Below, piece after piece: positions 1 to 11,583 of a stretch of DNA of 64,000 bases. The position numbers and the translations under genes are program-made. Location: NCBI GenBank assembly GCA_044892525.1, contig CM097885.1, positions 1,488,001-1,552,000 on the forward strand, given 5' to 3'. Source of the stretch: Schmidtea polychroa. Lineage: Eukaryota. The notes beneath the pieces were generated by a model that saw nothing but the letters and a program-made list of their open reading frames with translations, was not told the origin of the DNA and ran no database searches. Position 1 is the stretch's first letter. The number at the start of each line of letters is the position of its first letter.

Positions 1-300
1 GTAACCCACTTTCACCCGCTCTGTTCAACAATATCACTGAGCAAAGGGTTGAACCGATTATACCGGATCTTATTCTTCTAAAAGACAACCAAGCGATGGT
101 TTTGGACATCCAGATCATCAACGACAACGAGAATCTTTATGACAGAAACTATCGGAAGGCAGGTAAGTACCAAGAAAATGAAATCTCACAATGAATTACA
201 AATAAAGGAGCATATGAGGTGGGTTTTGGAGCAGTCACTCTAAACTGGCGAGGCCTTTTGGCTATGGCCTCCTTTGAGAGCTTGTTGAGAATAAATATGC
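1..300 (+). pseudogene. 3' fragment of an REL-type (R2/NeSL-like) non-LTR retrotransposon ORF
   Basis: Frame +3 reads NPLSPALFN (RT 'PLSP.LFN' motif) then EQRVEPIIPDLILL..VLDIQI..RKAGKY..*..GAVTLNWRGL, the PD..D..K..KY endonuclease plus the TLNWRG motif typical of R2/NeSL C-termini. In-frame TGA at 192-194. Confidence 0.75.
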
Positions 301-540
301 CTTGAGAATAATATGCCTTGTGATGGCTATATTTACCTTTTTAAATCGTGATGACTGGTTAATATCGTTGATTTTTATTTGATCTGTTTCATTACTCATT
401 GTAATTAAGCCTAGTAATGACTGTTATTGGCATGTTATTAGCCTATTTTTTTATCGTGATGACTATCTAGTTTTGTTTTTTCCAAGACATTTGAAGGATA
501 GTAGGATTTTTATTGTGCCTTGTGATGGCTATGTTAACAC

Positions 541-665
541 AGGACTAGAGCAAGTTCAATAAAAGAATAATGATGGAGACGTTCCTGGCATCTCGCCGAA
601 GCTAGTCCAATTAAAGGGACTAATCTATCTTTTCGGATCAGATTTTTATTTAACTAAAATTAAAT
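541..665 (+). repeat. Conserved structured ~120-bp block, copy 1 (others at ~4420-4510 and ~4708-4820)
   Basis: All three copies share GCCGAA(A/G)CT(A/C)GTCC...TTAAA(A)GG, a hairpin with a TTCG/TTAG loop and an AT-rich TTTTATT-AA-TAAAAT end. Confidence 0.65.
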
Positions 666-1002
666 AAAATCGATAAGTTGATTCTTGACTTCTTTTCAGG
701 TAAAAGTGATCTGACGAATGACGAACTACGAAGCTTATGGAAGGAAATTGGCTACACAATTCAATTTGCGAGCCCAGAGATAAGCTTTCATGCTTCAAAC
801 TTGATTATGTCCCAAAACAGGACATATCGTATCTCCAAAAACGAACTAACGAGATTCTTAAAATGGAGGAAATCCAAAAAAACTGAATGCAGGATATTCA
901 ACTCGAAGAACTCCCACAAAAACTAGGGACAAAAATCAGGATTTCAAGAAAGGCCTAGAAGTAACAGGTAAAACGATTACTCTTTATGTCCCCCCTAACG
1001 AT

Positions 1003-1960
1003 TTGATCAAGACGAAAAAAACCAAAATCTCAAAAGACCTGAAAAAAATTGACTTAAATGACGAAATCTTATATTTTTTTGACTCGAGGGGTAAATTACA
1101 ATGCCGTGATGTTCATCAGACAGATTTTTGCGGACATATATCTGCTATAGATTTCGATAAAATCATCTCACATGCGCAAGACATCCATAATATAACTATC
1201 ACCTATGACTCACTTATCGACTGCTTACAATGTAGACCCAAAGGGGAAGGAAGCAGATCCACACTTAACCTTATCACACTTAGGAATCTTTTTAACCATA
1301 TTTCTCAGTTCCAACACCAATGCAGTGTAAATAAAGACTTCCTAAAAATTGTTACTCTAAAAATTACACCCTCAAATATTCTCGCTTGCCACTTTTGGAA
1401 CAAAGATTATCACAAATGTTATGACTCTTTCGACATTGATACTCCTTTACATACATTTATGTCTCATATTTCCAAAAATCATAAAAATCTAAAATTTGAT
1501 ATTAATTGTAAAATATACTGTTTTTGCGGAGAATGGATAAATTATGTTGATACTAAAACCCATATAGAGAATAACCACCCTACTCTTGAAACCAGCAACC
1601 CTAAACCGTAATAAATGCAAGACTACCTTTGATATTGACACTCCCCTAATGACCATTATTAATCACAAAAAGACTAAACACAAAAAACTTATCCTTTACC
1701 CTGATGAGGAGATCTACTGCCTTTGTGGATCATGGATTCCACACCATCTAATCAAACAACATATCATACAAATTCATCCTGAACCTTACGTATATCGAGG
1801 TAATATTCCCTCTCCTGTCGTAATCTCTCAAGTACAAGATAATACCCTTGAAACTGAAAACAACCTACATCCAATACTCGAATCGCAGGAATTTGAAACT
1901 GTATTCTTTGAGAGTGAAATCATCAAACGCCCTCTTCCTGATACTCTTATTTTTTCTTAA
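1003..1960 (+). pseudogene. Zinc-finger-rich N-terminal region of a non-LTR retrotransposon (frameshifted)
   Basis: Repeated Cys/His motifs (QCRDVHQTDFCG..HAQDIH..DCLQC; CFCGEW..H..NH; CLCGSW..H..IH) across overlapping ORFs 1003-1611 and 1586-1960. Paralogous to 6520-6790. Confidence 0.55.
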
Positions 1961-2026
1961 AACATTGAAATTGAATCAACATGATGGTCACAGCATGCAA
2001 TCAAGGCATATATATTCTCAAATGCC

Positions 2027-2340
2027 TTGAAAAACATTTTTGTTGACCCATTCAAAGGTAATGCTCTTATTCAGCATAACTATGTAACTTTCTTTGCCAC
2101 TTTCCCTATTTCCGAATTTGCTCATTGGAATAAGATTATAATGCCTATGTCTGATGGTAAAGACAACTGGTTCTTCTTTCTACTAGACAAAGGTCGTAAA
2201 CTCGCTGTACTCATTGACCCCTTTCTTGATGATAGCCTTTCTACCCACCTCTCCTTGGCTCAAAATATTCTTGAAACCATTCTTGATCTCCAAAAAATTG
2301 TATGCCCAATTAAAATGAACTGCAAAAACTTGAATATACT
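2027..2340 (+). pseudogene. Ulp1/C48-like cysteine protease remnant (NeSL-type accessory domain)
   Basis: WNKIIMPMSDGKDNWFFFLLDKGRKLAVLIDPF matches the Ulp1 pattern 'i..Pi....HW.l..id......iDs', with Asn in place of the catalytic His. It lies downstream of the zinc fingers, as in NeSL. Confidence 0.45.
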
Positions 2341-3303
2341 CGCTGCTTCTTACCTACTGACTCTACCTTCTATATATGCCACCTTATTGAATGTATTATT
2401 AAATGTAAAATATTCCTTTTTGCGTTTCTTATCTGTGAGGGGACGTTCTAAGGAATGTTCTAAGGAATCCATTCGCAAGCACATTGATAGTAAAAAATAC
2501 GAAGCAGTTTTCAAAGAGTTAGACGACAGGATGAAGGGGATGGGCTATATTAAGGAAATTCTCTCGAAGCGAGGGTCATAGCATTTGGCACGAAGACCAA
2601 TTAGACAGGATCATCCTCACTGAAGATAAAGATTCTCAACGAGTATTACTTGATGAATATTGCTTATCAGTAACTAAGCAGTTTCAAATGAAACTCAAAA
2701 AGAGAACGAGCAAGCGTAACCGAACGTACCAGGTCCCCGAGGATGGTACTAAGGTTAAAAACCACATAAAGATAGCTAGAAAGAGGGCTATTTATGAGAC
2801 TATACAGAGGCTATACAGAGGCTATTCCAAAAGGATCGAAGTGCTGCCGCTAGTACTATCCTTGAAGGTAAGCAGCATAATCTGCTGCAGGAGGATGATC
2901 CAATGCCGGATGGAGGAGACTATTTTAAACAGGTCCCCTTTTTTACCGTGAAAACCTTTCTTTAATGTTATTCAGAAACTCAAATTATTTCCAGGATACT
3001 CCCGCTGTTTCCCAGCGCTTAGGAGAATCACTTCGATATAACATTCGTAGCACCTCTTTTCCGTAAAGATTTTATTTAACATGCAAGATTCCAAAAACAA
3101 GCTTTACAATATAACTCAAGCCGTCTACTAGTGCTTAATAGAATTGCTTATATATTGCATTCATAGCACAATTTTTTTTTCTATGCTATCTAGAACTCAG
3201 AAATATCACAAGAATACTCCCGTCGTTTACCAGTGCTTAGGAGAATCACTCGCATATAACATTCCTAGCACAGCTTTTTAACTATTTTTCAGGAACCATT
3301 GAA

Positions 3304-3654
3304 ATGTCGAAGGATCTCCGAAAAGAATGCTGGAATTGTATTGGCTCCAATATTCGTGATATAAGCCAAAACACATATAGATATGCTGACAACCTTATCT
3401 CTGGATGTCTTATCATTGAAAACTTGGTCCGAGAACAGCATATAGACTTCCTAGATGCATTCGAAGCAGCGGTAAAAATATATCAATCTAACGTAAATTA
3501 TAATCAAAATTACCCTACTTTTATGAAAAATGATTCGTTAGAAAAACATGCTTTTTTTAAGAAAAATTTTAAATTTAAAGAAAAAATTAAAGAAAATGTT
3601 AATTCTAAAAAAACCTTGATAATTTTAAAAACACCCTTCATAAAATTAATATAA
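3304..3654 (+). CDS. Unknown ORF/exon 'MSKDLRK.CW.CIGSNI', copy 1
   Basis: Highly similar to 9945-10250. Both are preceded by the same acceptor context tttcag|gaaccattgaaATG. Confidence 0.4.
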   Translation: MSKDLRKECWNCIGSNIRDISQNTYRYADNLISGCLIIENLVREQHIDFLDAFEAAVKIYQSNVNYNQNYPTFMKNDSLEKHAFFKKNFKFKEKIKENVNSKKTLIILKTPFIKLI

Positions 3655-4419
3655 GTAACGAAAATTTTATTAAAAAACAAGTTATTAAAAATAAAAACAT
3701 GGAAAATTTTAAAAATACCCCTGATAAAACTAATATAAGTAACGAAAATTTTAAAAATAAAAATGTGAAAAATTTACCATTTTTTGAAAAAAGGCATGTT
3801 AATTGGTTCTTTAATGATTTCAGAAATAGAGAATTTAATAAGAATAAAAAATCTAAAAAATCCAGAAATAAAAAACGGAAAAAATTAAAGAAAAAACAAA
3901 TTTGGAATAAATTGTTTGTATTTCCTTCAAAACTCAGATCCGATGACAACGCTAAAAATCCGCACGGTTCTTCTTACTCCGAACTATTAAATTATTTTAG
4001 AGACCATAACCTAACTAAACTCAACAGACCCGTGCGGATTGGACAGAAGCCTCTACTAATCAATACTGCGAAAGAAATCCTGCGAATTAATCTCCGATGT
4101 ATATAATTAACCCATAACGAAAATAGATAAGAACGAAACCGACGACAACAACGACGACAACTACGACAACGATGATACCTACTGGTGATCCCGACCAAAC
4201 TCAATCTGGAGATCCGACTAGTGAGGAAGCCATTAAACTCCACACATTCCGATCTTCACTGCGAAATGGACGCTGGTAAACTCGTTGATACCCAAAAGTA
4301 CACCCAAAAAGATTGTACCGCCTATATAAGAATTCTACGATGGACCAAAAAGAAATCAGCCTTGATCCCTAAACCAGTATAAGGCTTGGACGATAGATGA
4401 TTTAAAAAATTTGGTGGTT

Positions 4420-4510
4420 TAGCTTTGGCCGCTGGCCGAAACTCGTCCCGTTAAAAGGACCAACCTGTCTCTTCGGAGGCAGGCTTTTATTAAATAAAAT
4501 TTTGATAAAT
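4420..4510 (+). repeat. Structured block, copy 2
   Basis: GCCGAAACTCGTCCCGTTAAAAGG followed by CCTGTCTC-TTCG-GAGGCAGG. Confidence 0.6.
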
Positions 4511-4707
4511 AGATGACGAACGAAAACCGGAATGAAGCGATGATGACCAATGTCCCATAGACTATACAGTTCATGCGAGCCCCCGAATAGATTGCCCAAA
4601 TATGCCGAAAAGATAGATGACCAATGTCCCATAAACTATACAGCTAATGCAAGCCCCGATGACTTGAATTACTTTTTCAGAAGCAGTCCTGTACTTTGAA
4701 ACATACA

Positions 4708-4820
4708 GGACTAGAGTGAACCAGCTAAAGCAATGAATGAGGAAGCTTCTGGCATTGCGCCGAAACTAGTCCCTTTAAAAGCACCAACTTGTCTCTTAGG
4801 AGCAGGATTTTATTAAATAA
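4708..4820 (+). repeat. Structured block, copy 3
   Basis: AGGACTAGAG...GCCGAAACTAGTCCCTTTAAAAG...CTTGTCTC-TTAG-GAGCAGG. Confidence 0.6.
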
Positions 4821-5752
4821 AATTTTCATAAATCGGCGGGTTTCCAATGGAGAAAAAGAGAATTTTATCAGAAAATCCAGGAAGCAGACGACGCTGTACC
4901 ATTGAAGCCTCCGGACCACGATAAAATTATCTTTAATAGCTCTAATATTTACCTTTATTTTAGGCAACTTGACGATATAAACATGAATGGAAATGAATGG
5001 AAATAAAGCTAAACCAATTCAAAAAACCAATTTTATTAATAATAATTTCAATAATTTGAAAAATTCTAAAAAGAATAATATAAAAAATACAGATAACAAT
5101 TCTGATAAAAAGCATAATAAAAGGTTTTACAATTTCCTCAAAAACAGAATTGGGGGAGTTGTGAAATGTTTAGTTCCTGATATCTCCTAATATCTCATCT
5201 AAGACTTAAAAGATTTAACTGTTAGCTCTTTCCCAGCTTCACCCAACTCTGCCTTCACCACTTCTAAAACCAAGTACGATAATTCTTTAACCAACGACAC
5301 TAATATGCTTTCCTCTTACAATGAAACATCAAGTACTGTAAATCCCAAAACATCTGACCCTTTATCCAATATCATTCTTACCTCAACTATTGACTATACC
5401 AAAAATACCCTTCGAGGTAGCCTTTACTCCATCCTTTAAGATCTCACTTTTCTAAACCTATCATTCCTCTAAATATTCACCAATTTATCTGCGATGATAC
5501 TTTTAAAAAGCCTTTTATCTTTCATCCCACTAGATCCGATTTCTCGAAACCAATCACCACCTTAATCGACTATAACCGAACCACCCCCAAATCTCCTAAA
5601 AAGATGAATACCATTAAACCTTCAAGCCTAAATAAAATATTAGAATCTTTTAAAATTATTAACTCTAATATTAAATTATCAAAATCTAATTATAATAGAA
5701 ATATTCATAAAAAACACCTGTTATCTCATCTGCTCGATTATCAAGAGAATTT

Positions 5753-6790
5753 TTGACAACAAACACCTTGTCAAGACCAATACCCTCAATCTCCGCTACA
5801 ACTCCTATCACTCCAGTCCTTAAAGCTTCGTCGGATATTATGGATAATAATACTCCTTCTTACTTAAACCCTCCTATCAATAAAACTGATACCTGTGATC
5901 TTGACGATGAAGACTGTGATGATGTCCAACTATCGAGCAGCTCCTCATCAACTACTCATCTTGATAATCTCTATCTCCCAAATATTACTTCAACTCCCAT
6001 AAAAGATGAATCCAACATCTCAAATAAATACTCTAACCACCTTCTACACTCTAATATGGATAATAACTCTATGATAAATCCCATATCCTTCAAACCTTCT
6101 CCCTTAAACGATACTTCTATCGTCGAAACAACTCACTCTCACATCTCCATAGACTTAGTAAGCCAGAACGACTCTCTCGATATCATAGAGGATTCTATAC
6201 AAAGACACTCTGTAACTGATGACATTGAGGAATCTATCATAAATCCTATTTCTTATAAAACATTTATCCTTAACGAAAACATTCAATCTAACACCTCCTT
6301 ACTCATCGCTGATATCAACGACTCCATGGCTCGTATAGACAACCTACCTGAAACTAGTGAAACTGATATTAGAGCAATTGACACTGATAACTCTAAAAAT
6401 AATGCTACCAACTCTAAATGCTGTTGTAATAAACCTAAATCACTTGTTGGAATAAAAATATCCATGGGCACAAGCGAAATCCCAAAACCAACTCAAACAT
6501 TAATACCACCTAGTCTGAAATCACTATACAGGCAAGATCCTAACCTCTACTACTTCAACTCCAGAGGGAAATGTAGATGCAGACACCACTTACGCACACC
6601 TTTTTGTGGAGCGATTTCCATTTACAATAGGGAAAAATTGGATCAGCACGCACTTGAAAGACACAACATCACTATCACTGAACACTCCATCATAGATTGC
6701 GGCCAATGCAAAGGCCAACGAACGCTATGTAATATATCCGGTTACGCACAAAGACATTGACAGACATGTCGAACAATATGTGCATGAGAT
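5753..6790 (+). pseudogene. S/T/D/N-rich linker plus zinc finger, second copy of the non-LTR N-terminal region
   Basis: YYFNSRGKCRCRHHLRTPFCGAIS..HALERHNITITEHSIIDCGQC aligns with YFFDSRGKLQCRDVHQTDFCGHIS..HAQDIHNITITYDSLIDCLQC at ~1070-1230. Confidence 0.6.
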
Positions 6791-6898
6791 ACAAAACGAT
6801 AAGGATACCCTCAAAATGATATTTATTAAAATTGACAAAAATAATAATATATAATAATATATAAATATCTAATGTATAAATATCATTATAATAATAAG

Positions 6899-6904
<6 letters not shown>

Positions 6905-6966
<62 letters not shown>
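6905..6966. repeat. (AT)n microsatellite
   Basis: Pure dinucleotide run. Confidence 0.95.
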
Positions 6967-6970
<4 letters not shown>

Positions 6971-6984
6971 GTATATTTAGTTGT

Positions 6985-7109
6985 ATATTGCTGAATGGGT
7001 CGGTGTAGGGACTCTTGTAGGAGTCCCGCCCATTCAGCAATATGGTAAAGGTACTATCAGTGGGTATCTGTAGGAGTCTTTGTAAAGGCTCCGCCTAACT
7101 GATGGTACC
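6985..7109 (+). ncRNA. Candidate structured RNA: two tandem hairpins with the same architecture
   Basis: H1 (6985-7043) has a 15-bp perfect basal stem and H2 (7050-7109) a 12-bp basal stem. Both have a 5' bulge ending in TGTA, an opposing single G and a TGTA apical loop, while the stem sequences differ. Confidence 0.45.
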
Positions 7110-8716
7110 ATTTTTAGTTGTTCATATCATTATTATAATAGTCCTTTCTTATCTCCTACACTCTATATATATTATATTATTGTATGATCTATAAAACGCT
7201 ACAATAATCTCAAATGGAGTCTTTCTACTCCGGAAAAAATTAAACTGATTTCTAGCATCCCAATCTACTTCAATATAAACTGGGATCAGTCAGAAACCCA
7301 ATACTAATAATGAAAATTCAAGATCTGCTAGCTCTACACTTGGATCCGGCAGAATTCAATTGCTGAAGCTGATCTGCTTGGACTACACTTGGAGCTGACA
7401 GAATTCTAAAATACTACCAGAACTAAACTCATCAGACAGAGGCTGGGACTGCTCAGACAGGAAGGCCTCTCCTAAACAGCTGAAAATCAGAACTAACCTA
7501 CGAATGAATGTCCGGTGCAGATATATGGGCCATGGCTGATCGTGTTTATGCTTGGCCATGATTATCCTCTCTCGCCCATATGATGCTTACCGGAAAAAAC
7601 AACCAACGTACAATTGCGGGAGTTTCCAATTCTAGCAATAGAAGAATGAAAGTAGTAAAAAAAATGAAAAATTAAGTTGCGAGAAGTTCTCCCCTTCGGC
7701 CTTATGGCCAGTGCGAATGTTAGTAAAATATAATTTGATTTTTATTTAATGATTTTATTTCATTTAACTACTTATTAACATTTATTGCAGGCAACAATGA
7801 AACTACTGCTGAAGAGCTGAGTGAACACTGGAAGAATGTCTCTGCTATTGTTGATGCAAATGATTCAGGAGCCCACGATTATATTGATCAATTAATATCC
7901 GAAAATGCTCCATACTATGACAGGGAAAGGCATGAAAAAGCCAAATTTATTATCTCAAAATTATCCGAAAAACTAAAATAACGGGGGACGAAAGGCCCTT
8001 ACGCAGCTCGCTGGCCCTCGGCCGACTCGAAGCAAATGTCACCCCTGAGATTATGTGTTGCGAATTCTCTCAAATTGACAATAAATTTTTTAACGGAGAG
8101 GCATCGCCACAAATAATCTCGGAATGCATAAGACCTATAAAGAAAATAGATAAAGATAATGTAGATCAAAGCATTTTTGATAGCAAAAACTATTTACAAA
8201 ATCTGAACATCATAGTTAATGAGTTTTTTGCGGATATAACATCCCTATTTGTGAGACTACACAATAGTGATCAATCTGCCTTGAAAGCAATATATAGGGA
8301 TTTTTTTACCATACGAATAAGAATAAGGATAATGCCAACTTCATAAGATACCTAAACAACCTAAGGAACCAGCTTTTTATTGATATACATAAGCAATTAA
8401 ATAAGAATAATAAAACCATAAACTTTAATATTATTACAGACTATTTTTATACTAGGTATCAAATATAAACAATTAACCTCATTCATCTTTCCTTTATTAA
8501 ATGAAATTGAACGCAAACAATCACCCCTTAAACCATCCATCTCTTCTAAATACGAACCACCCACTTGTAAACAACCGCAAAGTACGATATCGCCACAATC
8601 ATCTGCCGTTTTACCACAACCCACTACTGAAATCACGCCATTAATATCTTCACAACCATAGTCGTCCGCCACAAAACCAATACCAAAAGCACGTAAATTA
8701 TTTCTACTTCTTACTA

Positions 8717-9582
8717 ATGAAAACTCCTGTAAGTTGGAAAAACTTTAAGACCAAGTTGATTATTAAGCCCCACGAAGAAAACACCAGCTTTAAAGTTTCC
8801 TCCTGGCGTCCCCTTGCAATACTTGACACTGCATATAAGATTTTTTCAGCCGTAATTAACATAAGACTACTTGAATGGATAAGGCCTCATTATTATAAAC
8901 CAAAAGAGTATAGGTATACCAGGTGGCTGCTCTGAACATAATACTGTACTCACATTTATCAAAGAGAGAGCAATTCGCAATAATGGCGACATTAACATAG
9001 TCTGGTTAGACCTCGCTGATGCATTTGGAAGTGTACCGCATCAACTTATATGGTAAATACTAACAGAACTAGGCATTAATAATAAAACACTTAATATGTT
9101 TAAAGACCTATACCATGATTGCAAAACATACTACGAATGTGAAGGGCCCCAAATCAAAAATGACCCTGAATAACAATAACTCACTTCCCAATGGAACAAT
9201 CTCAAATATGCCTTCCAATAAATCTTATGCCAAAGGAATCGGGAGAAAATTGCGGGTATTGGACAAAATGACTAGAGGCATAGTTCACAAATATTTACAT
9301 CTGCCAACCAAAAAATTGTATTCAAAAGAAACTAGTACTGGGCCAAAAACATGTGCAACCGCTGTCAAAGAAGGTACTGAGATAATTACTCCCAGGAACC
9401 AAACCCAATATGCTCAAAATGGATATAGATATCAAAAGAATGGTAGCCCACCTTATTATGCTGGGAAACAACAGATGAAGCCCACGGAAGCTAACTCATG
9501 GAGACCGATATCCATCGTGAATACGGCATACAGAATTTTTTCCTCACTTATGAGCAATCGTCTACTAGGCTGGATAAAATAG
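8717..9582 (+). pseudogene. Scrambled NeSL/Utopia-like reverse transcriptase fragments
   Basis: SWRPLAILDTAYKIFSAVINIRLLEWI; GCSEHN..VWLDLADAFGSVPHQLIW* (8930-9060); LDKMTRGIVHKYLHLP; and a second WRPISIVNTAYRIFSSLMSNRLLGWIK. Stops and deletions throughout. Confidence 0.8.
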
Positions 9583-9664
9583 GGAAACCATCTTACACAC
9601 AACCATGAATTAATCTGGCACACTCTTCTATCAAATAATAATATTTACTTAATAATAATACCCG

Positions 9665-10250
9665 ATGAACAAGGTGAAAATATTTCAAGATATGCAGCTC
9701 AATTCCGCCTTAGCAGAATTGCTCCAATATAGCATTCATAGAACTGGGCAGAAATTTTATGAATTCATGGCAGAACAGAATTTTAAAGTGATCTCAGATC
9801 CGATGACCACGCTAAAGATTTTTGGTAAAAGTCCTCAGAGCTTAGTAGAATTACTTCATATAACATTCGCTAGCACTGGGGCAGAAATCAATGAGTTTTT
9901 TATTGCTTTTCAGCTTTTTAACTGTTTTTCAGGAACCATTGAAATGTCCAAGGATCTCCGAAAAGCATGCTGGGATTGTATTGGCTCCAATATTAAGGAA
10001 ATAAGCCATAATACGTTTAGATATGCTGACAACCTTATCTCTGGATGTTTTATTATTGAAAACTTGGTCCGAGACCAGCATATAGACTTCCTAGATGCAT
10101 TCGAAGCAGCTATAAAAATATGGCAATCAAACGTAAATTATGATCAAAAATACCTTAATTATTCCCATTCTTTTATGAATAATGATTCTTTTGAAAAACA
10201 TGCTTTTTTTAAGAAAAATGTTAATTTTAAAGAAAATAGTAATTTTAAAG
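9665..10250 (+). CDS. Unknown ORF/exon 'MSKDLRK.CW.CIGSNI', copy 2, interrupted by the gypsy insertion
   Basis: Paralog of 3304-3654. Its continuation after the element (14751-15000) matches 3590-3920. Confidence 0.4.
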
Positions 10251-10365
10251 AGTTATGGAAAGTTGTTTGTTTTAATAATATTGTTTTTAGCGTTTTTTTG
10301 GAAAATATATTTTAACTGCATTTATTATTGATCTTATGAATTTAGAAGTTGAAAACATCATAACT
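10251..10365 (+). repeat. 5' LTR (115 bp)
   Basis: Differs from the 3' LTR by 2 substitutions and 1 indel. Confidence 0.95.
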
Positions 10366-11583
10366 GGCGACCATGCCAAGGAAATCAATGCGATAGGAAA
10401 AAAGAAAGGAACCAAGAATATGTTAGATTCCTTGTCAAAACAAGCACGTGAGATGCTAAATTTTAATGTCAGAAAGTTTGACGGAAAAGTTGGATCTGAA
10501 GCCGAACTTTGGCTAAAGGATATTATGGAATGGCTGAGAATAGAAGATCAAAGTCTAGTAGACGCACTGGATCTTTTGTTGACAGATGCGGCATCGATGT
10601 TATGGGAAGCGGCGAAAATAGCGAAGATGACCGATGAAATGGCAAAAGAGTGGTTTATAGAAACTTTTACAGTAAGGAAAACCATTACTAACAAGATTGT
10701 GGAACTAGCTCAAATTCAGCAAGAAAGAGATGAAAGATTCCAAGTCTTCGAAATATTAGTAAGAAGTTTAGTTAAAAGTGTATTTAGCTCTGGAATGTCT
10801 GATGAACAGATTGTTCGAGACATTATTTCAAACAGAGCGAAAGACGATAGAGTAAAAGAAATATTCTTATCAGGGAAAGTGATAAGTTTTGAAGATGCCA
10901 GGGATATGGCAAAACTTTAGGAGAAGATCGAGATGACGAATGACAATAAATTCAATATTGATGCCATAAGAAGAGACTCTTACGCATCAGTGATGAAAAA
11001 TGGTAAATTCGAGGGTAGACGAGACCAAAGAACAATTGTGAAGACAACTGCACATCAACGCGACGAACATCGAGAGATTAATCATGAGAGGAATAGACTT
11101 GGTAATGGTCGGTTTGTACCAATTGTAAATGAAGACAAGAATGAAAATGAGCGGTATAGAGGACAATACGACACAGGAGAACCAGAGAGAAGAATACCTA
11201 CAGAATCGCTTAAAGATATTGCAAGAAGATTATTTAATGACAGCAAAGGAAGAGATTCGCCTCATCCAGTGAAACTGACACCAAGTCAGTGTTTTTGTTG
11301 TGGAGAAAAAGGGCACCGGCGTTTTGAATGTCCTATGAAAGACAAATGTCTAATCTGTGGAAAAGAAGGTCATGGATTCAGAGATTGTTTTTTGCTTAAA
11401 AATAGAAATGGATATCAGAAGAGAGTGGCATGTATTTACGAAGAAGATCACGAAAGAAATAATGGTGATTTCACAGAAGATTTATACAGTAATTACGAAG
11501 AAACGATAAAAAAATCAATGGATAAACCAAAAAACAAGGACGATCCCATTGCTTTCATTTCGTCAGTGGGGTCGACACAATAA
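10336..11583 (+). pseudogene. gag with two CCHC knuckles, premature TAG at 10918-10920
   Basis: ORFs 10336-10920 and 10933-11583 are in the same frame; motifs CFCCGEKGHRRFEC and CLICGKEGHGFRDC. Confidence 0.85.

Noticed and set aside
2400-2951. Separate transposase or gene fragment
   Set aside because: Coding-like composition, but no motif I can assign; left uncalled.
6985-7109. H/ACA snoRNA or SRP RNA
   Set aside because: No ANANNA hinge or terminal ACA box, and no SRP S-domain helix 8 motif follows.
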